64,000 bases of DNA from NCBI GenBank assembly GCA_964035545.1, contig OZ037766.1, positions 7,616,722 to 7,680,721 on the forward strand, read 5' to 3'. The notes beneath the pieces are model-generated. The model was given only the letters and a program-made list of their open reading frames with translations. It was not told the origin of the DNA and did not search any database. Numbering within the stretch: position 1 is the stretch's first letter; every line of letters begins with the position of its first letter. A program made the translations under genes and the position numbers. Shown piece by piece: positions 17,647-33,383 of this stretch. The DNA is from Bugula neritina (Eukaryota > Animalia > Bryozoa).

Positions 17647-17810
17647 AGCATAGCTGTGGTCTAGGGGTTAGAGCGTTTGACTAGTAAACATAAGTTATGG
17701 GTTCAAACCCTAGTAAAGGCCATTGGTGATGTTAGGAAGAGCATCCAGTCAAAACTGCTCATGTGCCTCATATGAATAAGTCCTTAGCCCAATTTAAAAA
17801 AATCCTTTCT
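17647..17810 (+). mobile_element. tRNA-Thr(AGT)-derived SINE-like element or tRNA pseudogene in predicted KRR1 intron 1
   Basis: A box TGGTCTAGGGG (~17657), CTAGTAAACA anticodon-loop region, B box GGTTCAAACCC (~17700). The stems are mismatched. It continues into a non-tRNA body (AGGAAGAGCATCCAGTCAAAACTGCTC) and an A-run. Confidence 0.65.
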
Positions 17811-17979
17811 ATTAGCCTCAGGTATTTTCCACAGGGATAGTAACTGTCAACTTGTGTGAGTTTGAGTGTAGAGTGATTGGCTCATCTTTACTGATTAGGT
17901 AATCCACTAACAGTACTGAGGAGTGTTAGCCTAAGCCAGTCGTGAGTCATTTACTTTCTGCCTTTTCATGCAAGACTAA

Positions 17980-18400
17980 TCATACACTCATAGAACATAC
18001 TGACACTAGTGACACAGTATTAGTATAAGTATAACTGTTATGATTATCATTATGATTACGACAAAAACTAAAATAGCTTAGTAAATATAACGATGGTCTT
18101 ACTCTTAGAAAAAGTATAACTATAAGTATAACTATTACTATTAGTATTAGTATTACTATTAATATTACCATAACTTGAGTATAACTATAGTATAAGTATA
18201 AGTAAGCAAATAACTATTAAGCAACTGTACGAAGCACTAGTATAAGCAGTAGTAGTTGTACTACTACTAGTACTACCACTGCCACGATTCAATACTTCAA
18301 CTTGGTCTTGTCTTTTGACTTTTGAGAAAAAACATAATCTAATGATAATGATAACGATAAAGAGGTTAGGCTTAAGCCTAAGGCTAACTCCATGAACTAT
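17980..18400. repeat. Degenerate hexamer-lattice tract (RSY-ATN/NAT-RSY)
   Basis: AGTATAACTATAAGTATAACT, ATTACTATTAGT and the perfect palindrome TTAGGCTTAAGCCTAA (18366-18381). Confidence 0.75.
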
Positions 18401-19508
18401 ATTGCATCACCACTGTGAATTCAAATTTAGGCTGACTTAACAAATAACAAAACGCAACTACTTTATTTCATTTGTATAGCTATGCCAATGGTTAGCAATA
18501 CCAATATGAATATGAATTTATGACCATCAGGTATAAACGCGAAGCAACACTTACGGAAACATCGCTTTAGAACAATTGTCGACAAAGTATTATTTCGAGA
18601 TGATTTGTTTATTTCATGAAATCATGATAAGTTTTTATTTATTTTATTAAAAACAAAAAAATGTCTTTAAAAAAATTGTGTTTTTTATGTAAATTATAAA
18701 AAGATTATAATATTTTAGCGGGTCTACTTATTAGAAAAAAGACATTTCTATTTGAACAAAACGGAAATGGTCATGATGTATCTAGAAAGATAATAACTCT
18801 AACATACCAAGTAAATATACGTTGAAATAAGAAGATAACTCTCAATTATAGCCATGTACCACCTCTGCTGTCTATAAATGGAAGCTCCACCACCGCAAAC
18901 TTATATTTTTAAAGTTACACTTGTAGTAAGCACATATAACGCATAGCACTCAGTATTTTCATGTTTTAAAACTACTACAAGCTCATATAGCCAATACAAA
19001 TAAGTTTGCAAGTTATAATTATAGTATATTATTGTTAGGACTTTGAATACTGACTGCTAGATAACTTGTGTAAGATAACTACAAATAAAGCTTCTAGCAC
19101 TATTTAGAGCAAAACATATAAGAAATAGTAAGTTTTATCTAACAAGTGAAGTGTCTTTATAATTAATGCATGTCTAGTAGAAGCACTGAGCCTAATGCTC
19201 ACACTAGGTAAATATTATCTTAACAATATAGAAAAAAATGTTCAATTTTAAAATGGTCATCAAACTTCCAGCACTAAAGTAGCAGCCTGCAAGAAAAAGG
19301 GTAACCGACCTCAATTTTCTTATAAAATATTAGTTTGGCAAACTTGAGTTAATTGTGCTTGTGGTGATACAATAGCAAACAAATTTAAATGAGATACTTG
19401 CCTGTAAAAGAAATCAAATATGCATAATTAAATATAATATTCTAAATTATCAAAACTAAGTAGTTTGGAAACTTGCAATATAGCTAAATTAATGTACCTT
19501 TTCATGAG

Positions 19509-19692
<184 letters not shown>

Positions 19693-20541
19693 TAATAGCA
19701 ATAATATGTTCTTGATATAACTAATAACTATAACTATAAAAACTATACTCTGGTGTGACGGCACACTTATCCAAAATATACAGGTGGAGACCTACAATCA
19801 GAAGATTTGATATTTAACAGGCATGCCAATTCCTATCTTTGTGCAAAAACATGCACTACTACACAGTTATACTCAAAACAGCCTGGGTACCCTACTTTTG
19901 TGATTCCTTTCTACTGGTGAACCATCTAGCTATGGGGCAGACAACTCCTTACCGTTAGTTTAATAATTACCGTGGTGTTAGACAATACAGCAGGTTTAAG
20001 CATTAATTTTATTTGTTTCATAGAGTTATACTGTCAATTTTAATAGTGGGATAACTCTATAATTTGTTTCAACCAATAATATAGTTATAACTTGCTATAG
20101 GCTCAGTACTATGACAATCAGTATATGTAATGGCAACCCACCAGTTATTGCCAGCTATTTGTTTTGCTTGTGGTTTTAAAAGGACTTTACTGTCACAGTA
20201 ATTTTCGGTTTTGCTTTACCCAAGCTACCTCAAATACCTTTTTCAGGGTCATTTTGTCATATGTTACACAGACAAATAACTTAGAGCTACTCAGATATGT
20301 TTTTTTCTATGATCTCTGAACTTATCAGTCGATTCTTGATAAATAGTTTATCTAGAGCTCAATTGTGTCATATGTCATGTGATTGATAGCAGAAGAGGAA
20401 GTTTTGGTGTGCTGCCATGCTTGACTAAGAGAGCAGAGATAAAAATATCTGATTACTAAATTTCTATTTGTGCTATAAAAGTTGTATTCAGCAGTGGTAA
20501 ACTTGGAAAAGTAGATGTGGTACGATAGCAGGGTACAGGAT

Positions 20542-20615
20542 GTAGGTGCAGTATAATGGAGAAATTGAGAAGAGCCTGTGTTCTAGATTAAAAATGTGGC
20601 AAAATAAGTTATGTT
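20542..20615 (+). repeat. Dispersed repeat fragment (copy 1)
   Basis: GTAGGTGCAGTATAATGGAGAAATTGAGAAGAGCC...TTCTAGATTAAAAATGTGGCAAAA closely matches 44898-44971. Confidence 0.75.
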
Positions 20616-21177
20616 CTCGAAAAAATTTCAGTCTGCGCCCCAAAATTTATTATACAGGCTATATGTTGCGCCATGCTAGTTAGTAAGTGATGCTAAGAAC
20701 TTTTAGAAAAACTCTTCTGGCATTATTTGGAGTTGTCTGACTTAGTGATTGTGAAGTCTTCGGAATTGCCTGTTATAAGTTATCAAGTACAGAATTTACG
20801 AAACCAGGTGCCATAATAGTTTGTGGGCTATTAATTTATTAAAATATAGTAGCTAAATGATGGCGAACTGTTTTATGTTACAATGAGTTGATTGAAGGCC
20901 AGCAATATTATAATAAGATAATACAGGTATGCTACGATTTGCTTGTGTATGGTGTCCCATGCATTATATATAAAATATGCAGCTAAGGATTTAATCAAAT
21001 ACAATATAAAATAAATCATAACCTCCTCAAGATAAACAAAAACGTATCGTGAGTGTTTTAAAAAATATGTTGATACTTATAATAATCAAACCTCGCTTTA
21101 TTCTATTTAGTTTAAATATGTTATAAAACAGTTTAGATAAAACCTGTCATGACTACCTATAACATCAAACTAATCTA

Positions 21178-23650
<2,473 letters not shown>

Positions 23651-24195
23651 AGTGATGCCTTGTGTAGACACGGATACTTGTGTTGCGAACCTTAGAAGAC
23701 TTGCCTCAGTTGATGAATGTTCTCTATTCTGTATTACCACCCACTTTCAAATGTGATATGAATTCTAATGATAATCGCTATTTAAACAATGGCCTTGGTA
23801 ACCAAATGCATTTCATGTAAATAGAAAATGAAGCCAGTTTAGCCCGAAGTTGTATAACATAGTGAGGGACAGTATGAGCACAGCCTGAGATATTATGAAG
23901 TTTAGTCTATAGTATATTTTATCTAAGCTATTAATAATAGATTGGAGATCACAATGCTATTGGAGCATTATATTACCAAAAAGATTAAACGTGTCTTATA
24001 CGTCATCAAGTTAAAAAAAGTCATTACTAAGCAAGCATGAATCATTTTCGATTAGCCAATAAATTTATATACGTTCTACATAACAACTGACGAGTAGCAT
24101 ATGAATTAATTAATAATTCTATAAACAGAAACTGGATAAAGTTCTTCTGAACCATAAGATTACTTAAACTGAGGAACCGCCGATTCCTAAATAAA

Positions 24196-24620
<425 letters not shown>

Positions 24621-27432
24621 GAAACGCAACTGAAGAAAACTTGACTTTTCCGTTTTTCTACTTTATAATTGATGAATAAATAATCTAGTAGTATTTTCAA
24701 GTTTCAAGTGAGAAACTAGATGAATCATAGTGAAAATATTTATAGCTCCGAATGATTGGATTGATTTCTGTCAGCAAGTTTATGCCCATTCTTCTGGCAG
24801 CACATCTGCAATAAAGCAGAAAAGGTTATACCAACATTGACATTTAAAGGAGAATTGTATTCATACAGGTATCAAGCAGGAAGAATGATATAGCAGAATA
24901 GTTAAACTCTGTATCATATTTCATCCTTTTACCAATCACCTAGTAGCTTACCTATAAACTGTATTATAAACTCTATGAGTGGTTAAAGCTTTTAGGCCAA
25001 AGTTTACAGATAAGAAGTCTGAAACACTCAGTTATCTTTATGGCATTTTAGTAGTTTCAACTTAAGCTTGTTTACATAGTTGAAGCAACCCAAGCTTTAT
25101 CAAAGTTAACCAATATAGTATTTGCCATTTAACAACCGCACCCTGATGATGAAAATCTATATTACAGCATAAAATCTAACCTGCTAAACTAAACTGTTGT
25201 CAACGGTGTCTTATTTAGACTGTAGCAGCATAAGGAAACTGCATAGGGTAGTTACAACATTGCAGTGAATGCCTTCCATGGCGTCAGGTAAAATTTGCAC
25301 AGGTAAAAGTAGAACAGGTAAAAGTGGCATGGTAAAACGGCACAGGTAGCAATGGACAAAAGAGTTGGAGTAGTAGTAAAAAGGATTGAAAAGTTGAAAA
25401 GTCATTTCAACATAATTTCTTCATGCGCATACAACATTCAATATATTTATGATAAAATACAAATTACTACTTTTTAACGTATCTTACTACATGGATCCAA
25501 CTCTAACCTAAAACAATTGCAGTACAAAATCTCATTTATATTGTGGTATAATTGGGTAGGTAATAGCATAACAGTGATATTAGCAATTACTCATAGCAAA
25601 AGAAATGCTTTTCAGTTTATTATTTATATTTCCAGTTCGAACATTTACTGTCCTCCACCATTCCAACAGTTTAACCAACAAGTATGGAGTTGTCATCTAA
25701 ATAAAATATTTTGTCTACTGGATAAAAATTGTTACAGGTCTATAAAGTTTTTAATATTTTGTCCACTACTCCTATAAAATATGACTTCATAAGCCCTTTT
25801 ATTTAAATTACAATGAAATTTTCCAATTATAAGTTGTACATTGGTGGGTATATAAATTAGTGAATAAAAGTCTGCATTCTAGGTTATTACAATATAAAAC
25901 AAACATTGCATATAATATACATCAATATTGATGATTGTTTATTTACAACTAGCCAAAACTAACTTCTCAAGTTAGCTTATGGTGGCAGTGTGTTTATGCT
26001 GTGATAGATTTTCATAACCACAGCTAGCCTATTGTAACACAGCCATGGGAACCAATACAAAACTCATGCATTTTCATCTAGTGGGAAATCAATCTGGCTT
26101 AGTGCTGATTATGAGATCTTGAAGGAAAGACAAACAATCTTTACTGGTCCACTAAAGTAATATGTAAATGTATTATCTGTGTACAGATTTTGGTGTAAAA
26201 ACAAGATTTTCATTTCAAAATTAATAGCTTATAGTAAAAGTGAAGGATTTAATGTTTGTAATTAAGCTATTATCCAGTACTGAACTAGAGGTAGGTAAAC
26301 TAACTAAAGCTAGTAATTGACTAACAAAAAAAAGCAAGTGGAAGCTGGATTTTGTACATTTATTAACACTCAGCAAAAATCTGTAATTAAAATAATAACA
26401 GCAGAACGTATAAAAATGACTGAGCAAATGAATTAAATAAGTATGATTGAAAAATGTGATAATATATAACAGCATGACATGCAGCTTTCTAAAAACACAT
26501 TAAACAAATAGAACATTTACAATAAAAAGGCACAGTATCCCTAAATATCTATAAAAAAAACTTTAAGTAAGTAATACCTTATAAAGAGCAGGTGATAAAA
26601 TAAAAAACTAAAAAGCGAAATGTACCATGTTAGTGAAATATTAAATTGGCTAGATAATAGAATAATATCACAAAGATCATGAAAACTTATTTTGCAAGAA
26701 AAAAGGCCAAATTATAAAAACAATTCAGCCATTTGGAACTTTTAAAACATTAGGTTAATAGTTAGGATGACATTACTTACACTAAATCAAATAAAGACAA
26801 TCTCCATAATTTGACCTTATCACAATTGAGGTCAAGTTGATTTGAGTTGTGAAAAAGTCAAGACAAAGCATACAGAAAACAAGTTTAAATCAAGTGAAGT
26901 TTCTTTTGCTTAACATGATGAACTCAAAACTACTGAATTATGTCTTTGAGGTCTAATGAGCTCAGACAACTTTCTTGTCTATTAAAAACACTACGGTTAT
27001 CAACTTTGAGAAAAATAAGGAAAAATCCACTGGGAAAGTCTAGAGATAGAGGAGAGATGTATTCTTGCATCTAAAAGAAAATAAAATGATTCTAAGTATA
27101 CAAAATGAAGATCACTACAGAACGCAAATGGCTTGAAGAAACATTAAAAAACATTTACTCGAGAAACAATACAAAAACTGACTTTAACATAAACACATGC
27201 ATAAGAAAACAATAAACGTTTGTCCTCTATTTCTGATACTCAATTTATAATTAAGAATTGTTCTCCTTAGCAACGACATCCACTAACCTATTTACACAGA
27301 ACAGACCCAGAAAAATAAAAAAGCAAGTATATGCATAGTACCCGAGTTGACTAAATCTGTTTCAACCAAACTAAACATTACATAACAATTCTGAAAACTC
27401 ACTGACTCACAAAAAGTGCTGACTCATGGTGA

Positions 27433-30367
27433 CTAAGGGTAGGCTGACTTGGCAGGAGATTTGAGTCCAATGTAAACAGGGTTAGGGGTCTTCTCTATGG
27501 TCCTGATGCCGATATAGGAAATGAGGCCTAAAGTTGTGCATTATGACATTAGGATAATATGACATTGCATAAGAAGAAGCTGCACATATATAGCCATATG
27601 CTCTCTGTACAATCTAGTGCTGGGATGTGATAACTCTGAAATTAATGAACTTGTGAAAGTTGAATAATTGAAACATTTTCTTTTATATTCAACCATTTAT
27701 AGATTTTTGTTAAGTAAACTATTTCACTCATCAGCATGACTTCAACAAACTAAATACTGACAATTGAACAGCACTTGGTGTTCTATTTCAAATGCTGCAG
27801 TAAAATCAATAAAACTGTTGAAGACTGAGTATGAATTATTGACCAAATAGAATCTTCTGGAGAAACTGACCTTCTGAAGTGAGCCCAAGGTCACGGGATA
27901 TGTTCTTAAATGTCTCGGCTTCCAGCTCATAGCGATTGATGATAGCTTGAGCCTCTGTCTTTGCTCTAGAAATGAGAATATTGGTGCTCATAACGCCCAC
28001 TATACTTCGTATTACCACATTGTTTTTACTATGCACTGTAACTTATACACACTGTGACTATACGCTTATACTATACACTAATACTATACACTGATACTAA
28101 ACACTGCTACTATACACTGCTACTATACACTGTGACTATACACTGTAACTATACACTGTTACTAAACACTGCGACTATACACTGTTACTATACACTGCGA
28201 CTATACATTGTGACTATACACTGTTACTATACATTGCTACTATACAGTATACACTGTGGCTACTACTATATTAACTTATACTGTTACTATGACTAGTGAC
28301 TCACTGATACTCCAAAATCCGCATGTCTGACTCGGCCTTCTCTACCAAAATCTGTCCAGCATAACTTGCCTCCTTCAACTCAGTTTCTGCCTTCGTCTCA
28401 GCTTTAGGTCGCTCTTCCATGGCTACCTGGAAACAGAAAAATCAATCTGAAAATAATAATTTAAAATATTGTTAAAATGTGCAACTCAAATAATTACCCG
28501 CTGATACCAACAATTCACGAAACTTACTTGAATATTTTCCACGGCAGCTTGTTTGTCACGGATTGCAGCTTCATAACTTTCAGGGCGACGAATATCGTTT
28601 ACCTGAACATCATTAATCTCACACTTGAATAAGTCACACCTTTGCTGGAGCTTAACTTTCAGCTGAACGGTAAACTGCGTTCGATTGGTCTGAAAGTCAT
28701 TCGTGTTAAACTTGCTACACACCACTTGCACAGCGGCTTTCCCTGAATTAACAACAGACAAAACTCAATTTATTGTCATCTTCTTGCAATATTATTAGCA
28801 AACAGCTAATAAAATGTTTAGATCATTCACACATATAAACTAGAATATATAAATATAGGCTATTGTTGTGACTTGACAATTGTTACCTGCAGCACTTAAG
28901 ATGGCCTGGTATTTGTCGAAATCCTTAAACTGAGTTACCAACTCATAGAGGTAATCAGGTATGGCTTTAAATTGGTACGAGACGTCCAGGTTTATAGTAA
29001 CTCCATCCATGTTTAAACACTGCAGTAAAACATTGAGGGGATTATTAGCCCATATGCTAACAACAGTATGCAGCACTAATTCAAAATATTGCGCAACAGA
29101 AGATATTTATAACTCTTTAGGTATGACATGCCTAGGCAAGTTCTATTTAGTGCACCTATGATGTCTACAAAAGTAATAAGTATATAAAAGCAACGTAAAT
29201 GTATAACAACTCACTGTGGCATCATCAATTGAATTGGTGGTGTAAATACTAGGAAATTTTATCATCTGATACCCTGGTGGCCCCGTATGCAACCCTTCTC
29301 TGTACACGTTTTCTTGGAGCTTTTTATTGATTGTGTCATATTTTAAACCAACTAAAATGTTACAAGTTATTAAAATATATTCACTATATATTTCCAGTAC
29401 TTAAATAATAACATAAGGGAACAGTGGTATAAAATAACAGAAAATGTTAAATAAAACTATGAGGAGTGCATATTTTATTTAAAAGAATATGTATTTAAAA
29501 GAAACATGTCACTCCAATTTTTGAATTTTATAACAGAGAATCAATTTATAAGAACTATTAACAACCCTTACTTACAGCTGATCTATCAATCATTACACTA
29601 GAAATGCTTAATTTTGTCCTGTACTACGTTTCACGTTTCAAAAATTACTCATTTTCAACAATTAGAATAAAATATAAGGGATTATATGTACACCAGCTAA
29701 AGTTTTCTTAATAGCCTACACTCACTGTTGCCATTTTATTGTTACACTGAAGAAAACAAACCAGAAAATAGGAGTTTGATTAAAAAATGCTTGTAAAAAA
29801 ATAAAAATTGACATACCAATATTAATGGCATTTAATTTTATACTCAATCCTAGTTACAAAACCATCTACACTTTAAAAATTATTTGTCCTAGTATAAATA
29901 GCAACATGCAATTGTAACCATTATTAAATATACATCATCTCTGTTAAGCTACACCTAGAATCAAGATGAGCGAGTAATGTAACCTTACCTATTAACAGGC
30001 TACATTGAAATCATAACAAAAAACCAACTGTTCTTATAATTACATACAATACAATGTATTGTTACCACCATTATTCATTAATATATTGGTTTAGTTCAAT
30101 CAACATATTTTACCATTAAAATTAATGAATCTATTAAAATCATAATAGTAAAAGTGATTTTATATTGTGGTAATAGCAAAACTTTACTTGATTCAAAAAT
30201 GTATAAAACAGAGCTTCAACTTAAAGAAGATAGAGGATAATTAAATAATACATACTTTCGAATGAATCCAGTTTTTTGAGAGATGTTGCTACCAATCCAA
30301 TTATCATTGCAACAACAGCAACCACAATTACTAAAACAACGATCTTCAAATTTTTTCCGTCTCCCAT
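27433..30367 (-). CDS. SPFH/Band-7 (prohibitin-domain) membrane protein
   Basis: ATG 30367 gives MGDGKNLKIVVLVIVVAVVAMIIGLV (TM). Further exons encode GLKYDTINKKL..YREGLHTGPPG, CLNMDGVTINLDVSYQF, QVNDIRRPESYEAAI, a coiled-coil AETKAETELKEA and LISYIGIR...AYP*. This is a typical SPFH layout. Confidence 0.88.
28033..28290 (+). repeat. 13-bp minisatellite (ACTATACACTGYN) in SPFH intron
   Basis: Roughly 18-19 degenerate tandem copies visible. Confidence 0.9.
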
Positions 30368-31779
30368 ATTAACCTACAATTATTGAATGAAGGTTTGTAA
30401 CTTTGTCTTATAAACTTAATCTTAGTAGTAGATGTCATAGTTGGCTACAATTTGACTTTAATAAAAAAAAATACATTAAATTCAAAATAAAAATGCTATC
30501 AACTTAAACCTTACAGCATGAAAAGAGCAGTATACACCTGGTCATCGTCAAGTGTCCTACCAGATGTCTAGCAATTGGAATAAGCTACCTCTGACTTTAA
30601 GACATCATCAAAGCTTTGCCACATTTAAAATATTGTTGAAAAAGCACCTACTAAAATCTTTAACTTAATCTGAATAAATAGTTCCCACTATTTTTTCAAC
30701 TGCCACTTGGGCCCCGCTCCTTGAATAGCTATGCTACTGAGCACATGGGCCCCCATCTTGACTTCGATTGATATTATATATAAATTGAATTTAGCTCTTT
30801 TTGTGTTACTGTTGTATATTTGTATTTTTTTGTCCTTTTGTTTTTTTTTATGGAAATAAAGAAAACAAACAAACAAATGTCCCAGTATGTCAGCTTTTAT
30901 CTCAATATTTTTAGATTAAATTAGTTACTTATTACTACAAATTCTATTGTCCCAAAAGATATTTAATCAAAATACAATACATTCAACTATCATACAAAGA
31001 CAACTAAACAGTTCTAAGTGTAAGTTAATCATCACATTATACATAGGCTGGATGGATGAGCTTTATAATTTGAGACATTTCTGTTTTATCTCTTGCTATA
31101 CTTTTTGCTTTCTTTAACTACAGCCAATTGAGAGATGTTATAATACTTTATCCCTCAGTTATAATGAAATCGTTGAGAGCTGATCCAATAATGTAGCTAT
31201 TACTATGTCTAGAAAAATTCGACTTTTGAAAAACTAGTTTGTAAACGATTTACCTGTTACTACCAAAACTTCCCACAATAATTATCCATGTACAATTTAT
31301 GATATGAAAGTTAACATGAGCAAAGAAAACTGGAAGCAGCGCATGCTGCAATACTAACTTGCATGCTAGTAACATATTAGTTATTGAATGGAGGGGCCGA
31401 CTAGAGTGAATAATGTAGCAGCAACACCAGGTGACTTTATATTTTAGTCCTTTTATTATCATTATGCGATTTAAATATGTGAGTATCATTGAATGGTTAC
31501 GACTTCTGAATACCAGCATGTCTACCGACATCAGTTTAAATCTTGCTAAGCAGTAAATTAGTGAAATATTAAATTAACCCAAAGATAGTTTATTTAATGA
31601 AATTTTCTATCTAATCATGATTTAATATTTGGTACAAGCAATGATAGTAACATAGACTTGAGCAAGCTCACACTATGACTTCTGAGCCAGACATTTATTT
31701 TAATAACAATTATAATACAATTTTATAATGGATATTTAATCTATTATTTCTAACAGTAACACCCACAGCAATAGAATAC

Positions 31780-32720
31780 TTATAATCATAATCCTAAGCC
31801 TAATGTACAATAGACTTAGGTATTGTCACTATGATATTGATACTGATACTCATACCGTGACTATATCTAACTTGATTAGTATTAGCATTCCACATTATGA
31901 TTATGAATATGACCATTATGATTATGATAATAATTATTATTATTAGTATTACTATTAGTATTGGTAATAATAATACTAATAGATTAATAGTTATAGTTAA
32001 ATAATACTATTAGTATTACCTACTATTAGTAAATTACTGAGTTTTAGTATTTGACTCTGTCTCTTAGTCTTAGTCACCAACTTAAGTCAGTTAGTGTTTG
32101 TGTAACTACATACTAGTACTAGTGTCTACTATTCTACTAGTACTAGTAACTGTAAGTCGCACTAGCAATACTAATAGTAATAGTAATACTGTAAAGTGTA
32201 ATAGTAATAGAATAATTATTAGTCATAGTGCTACACTTATAGTTATAGCTATACTTATAGTTATTATAACTTAAACTTAAAGTTAAACTAAAACTAGAAC
32301 TGTGGAAGTAATTAGTATTAGATTTAGTATAATCATAAGTATAAGATTAAGACTAAAAATAAGTATAACTATAAGTTCAAGTTAAGTATAACTTATAGTT
32401 ATAAGACTAAGTATAACTATAAGTATAAGTCAATACTCAACTACTGATTAGTCAATACTCAATAGCCAATGGCAATAGGCAATAGGCAATAGCCATGCCC
32501 ATGCCCATGGCCCATGGGCCTAGGCCTAGGGCATAGGCATTGGCAATGCCAATAGCTATAACATCATCATTATGATTAACTACAAGACAAGAAGTATAAC
32601 TAATAGTAATATAAATATTTCTAGCTTGTAGTCTTAAATTTATAGTTATGATACTATTATTACTAATAGTAATACTAACACTGTAATACTAATACTAATA
32701 CTGTAGTAATCTTATAATTA
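31780..32720. repeat. Degenerate hexamer-lattice tract left of the SERINC promoter
   Basis: Mosaics of TAGTAATACTAA, AGTATAACTATA, ATGATTATG and GCCCATGCCCAT. Confidence 0.8.
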
Positions 32721-33115
32721 TACAAAATTGAATTCAGCAGGAACCAAGAATTTGTCCTGGTTACTTAATAACCTGAAATCCTAACAATTAACGGCAAAAA
32801 CGGTACTGTAGTAGATGCATTCGTTCCAACTTAGGATCTCTAGCCTGAGTAAAATCTAAACAAACTGCTGTGGTAAAAACGTCGTATTGCTATATTTATG
32901 TTCTCATTGTAGTGACGGCTAATAAAGCGTGATATATTGCTGCTAAATATATGACGAATTGTAACCATTGAATTATTCATCACGATTTGATCAATTATTT
33001 GGTTAGATTCGATTACGCAAGATACACTAAACATACTGATACTGAATAATTGTAGCGGGCATCTACCAATCCTGGAATAAATTTGTTTAAAAATAACTTC
33101 AAGTTTAATATCAGC

Positions 33116-33346
33116 ATGTGCTGTGGCATTGGCATACTTGGTGGTGTAAGTAATTTAGTAAACATAGTCATACTGATACTGATAGTGATACTTCTTCGAA
33201 TTTCGACCTAGGCCTAGCCCTAGGGCTAATCTAAATCAGTATCAGTTTGAGTTATCACTATAACTATGAGTATGACTATCAGTTTCAGTTTCTATTAGTG
33301 TTACTATTAGTATTAGTATCACTAGTACTACTTCTAGTCGTAGTGC

Positions 33347-33383
<37 letters not shown>

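Noticed and set aside
17647-17725. Functional tRNA-Thr gene
   Set aside because: The anticodon and acceptor stems do not pair properly, and the sequence continues into a SINE-like body.
28033-28290. Possible CRISPR-like or coding array
   Set aside because: Head-to-tail 13-bp minisatellite without unique spacers, in a eukaryotic intron.
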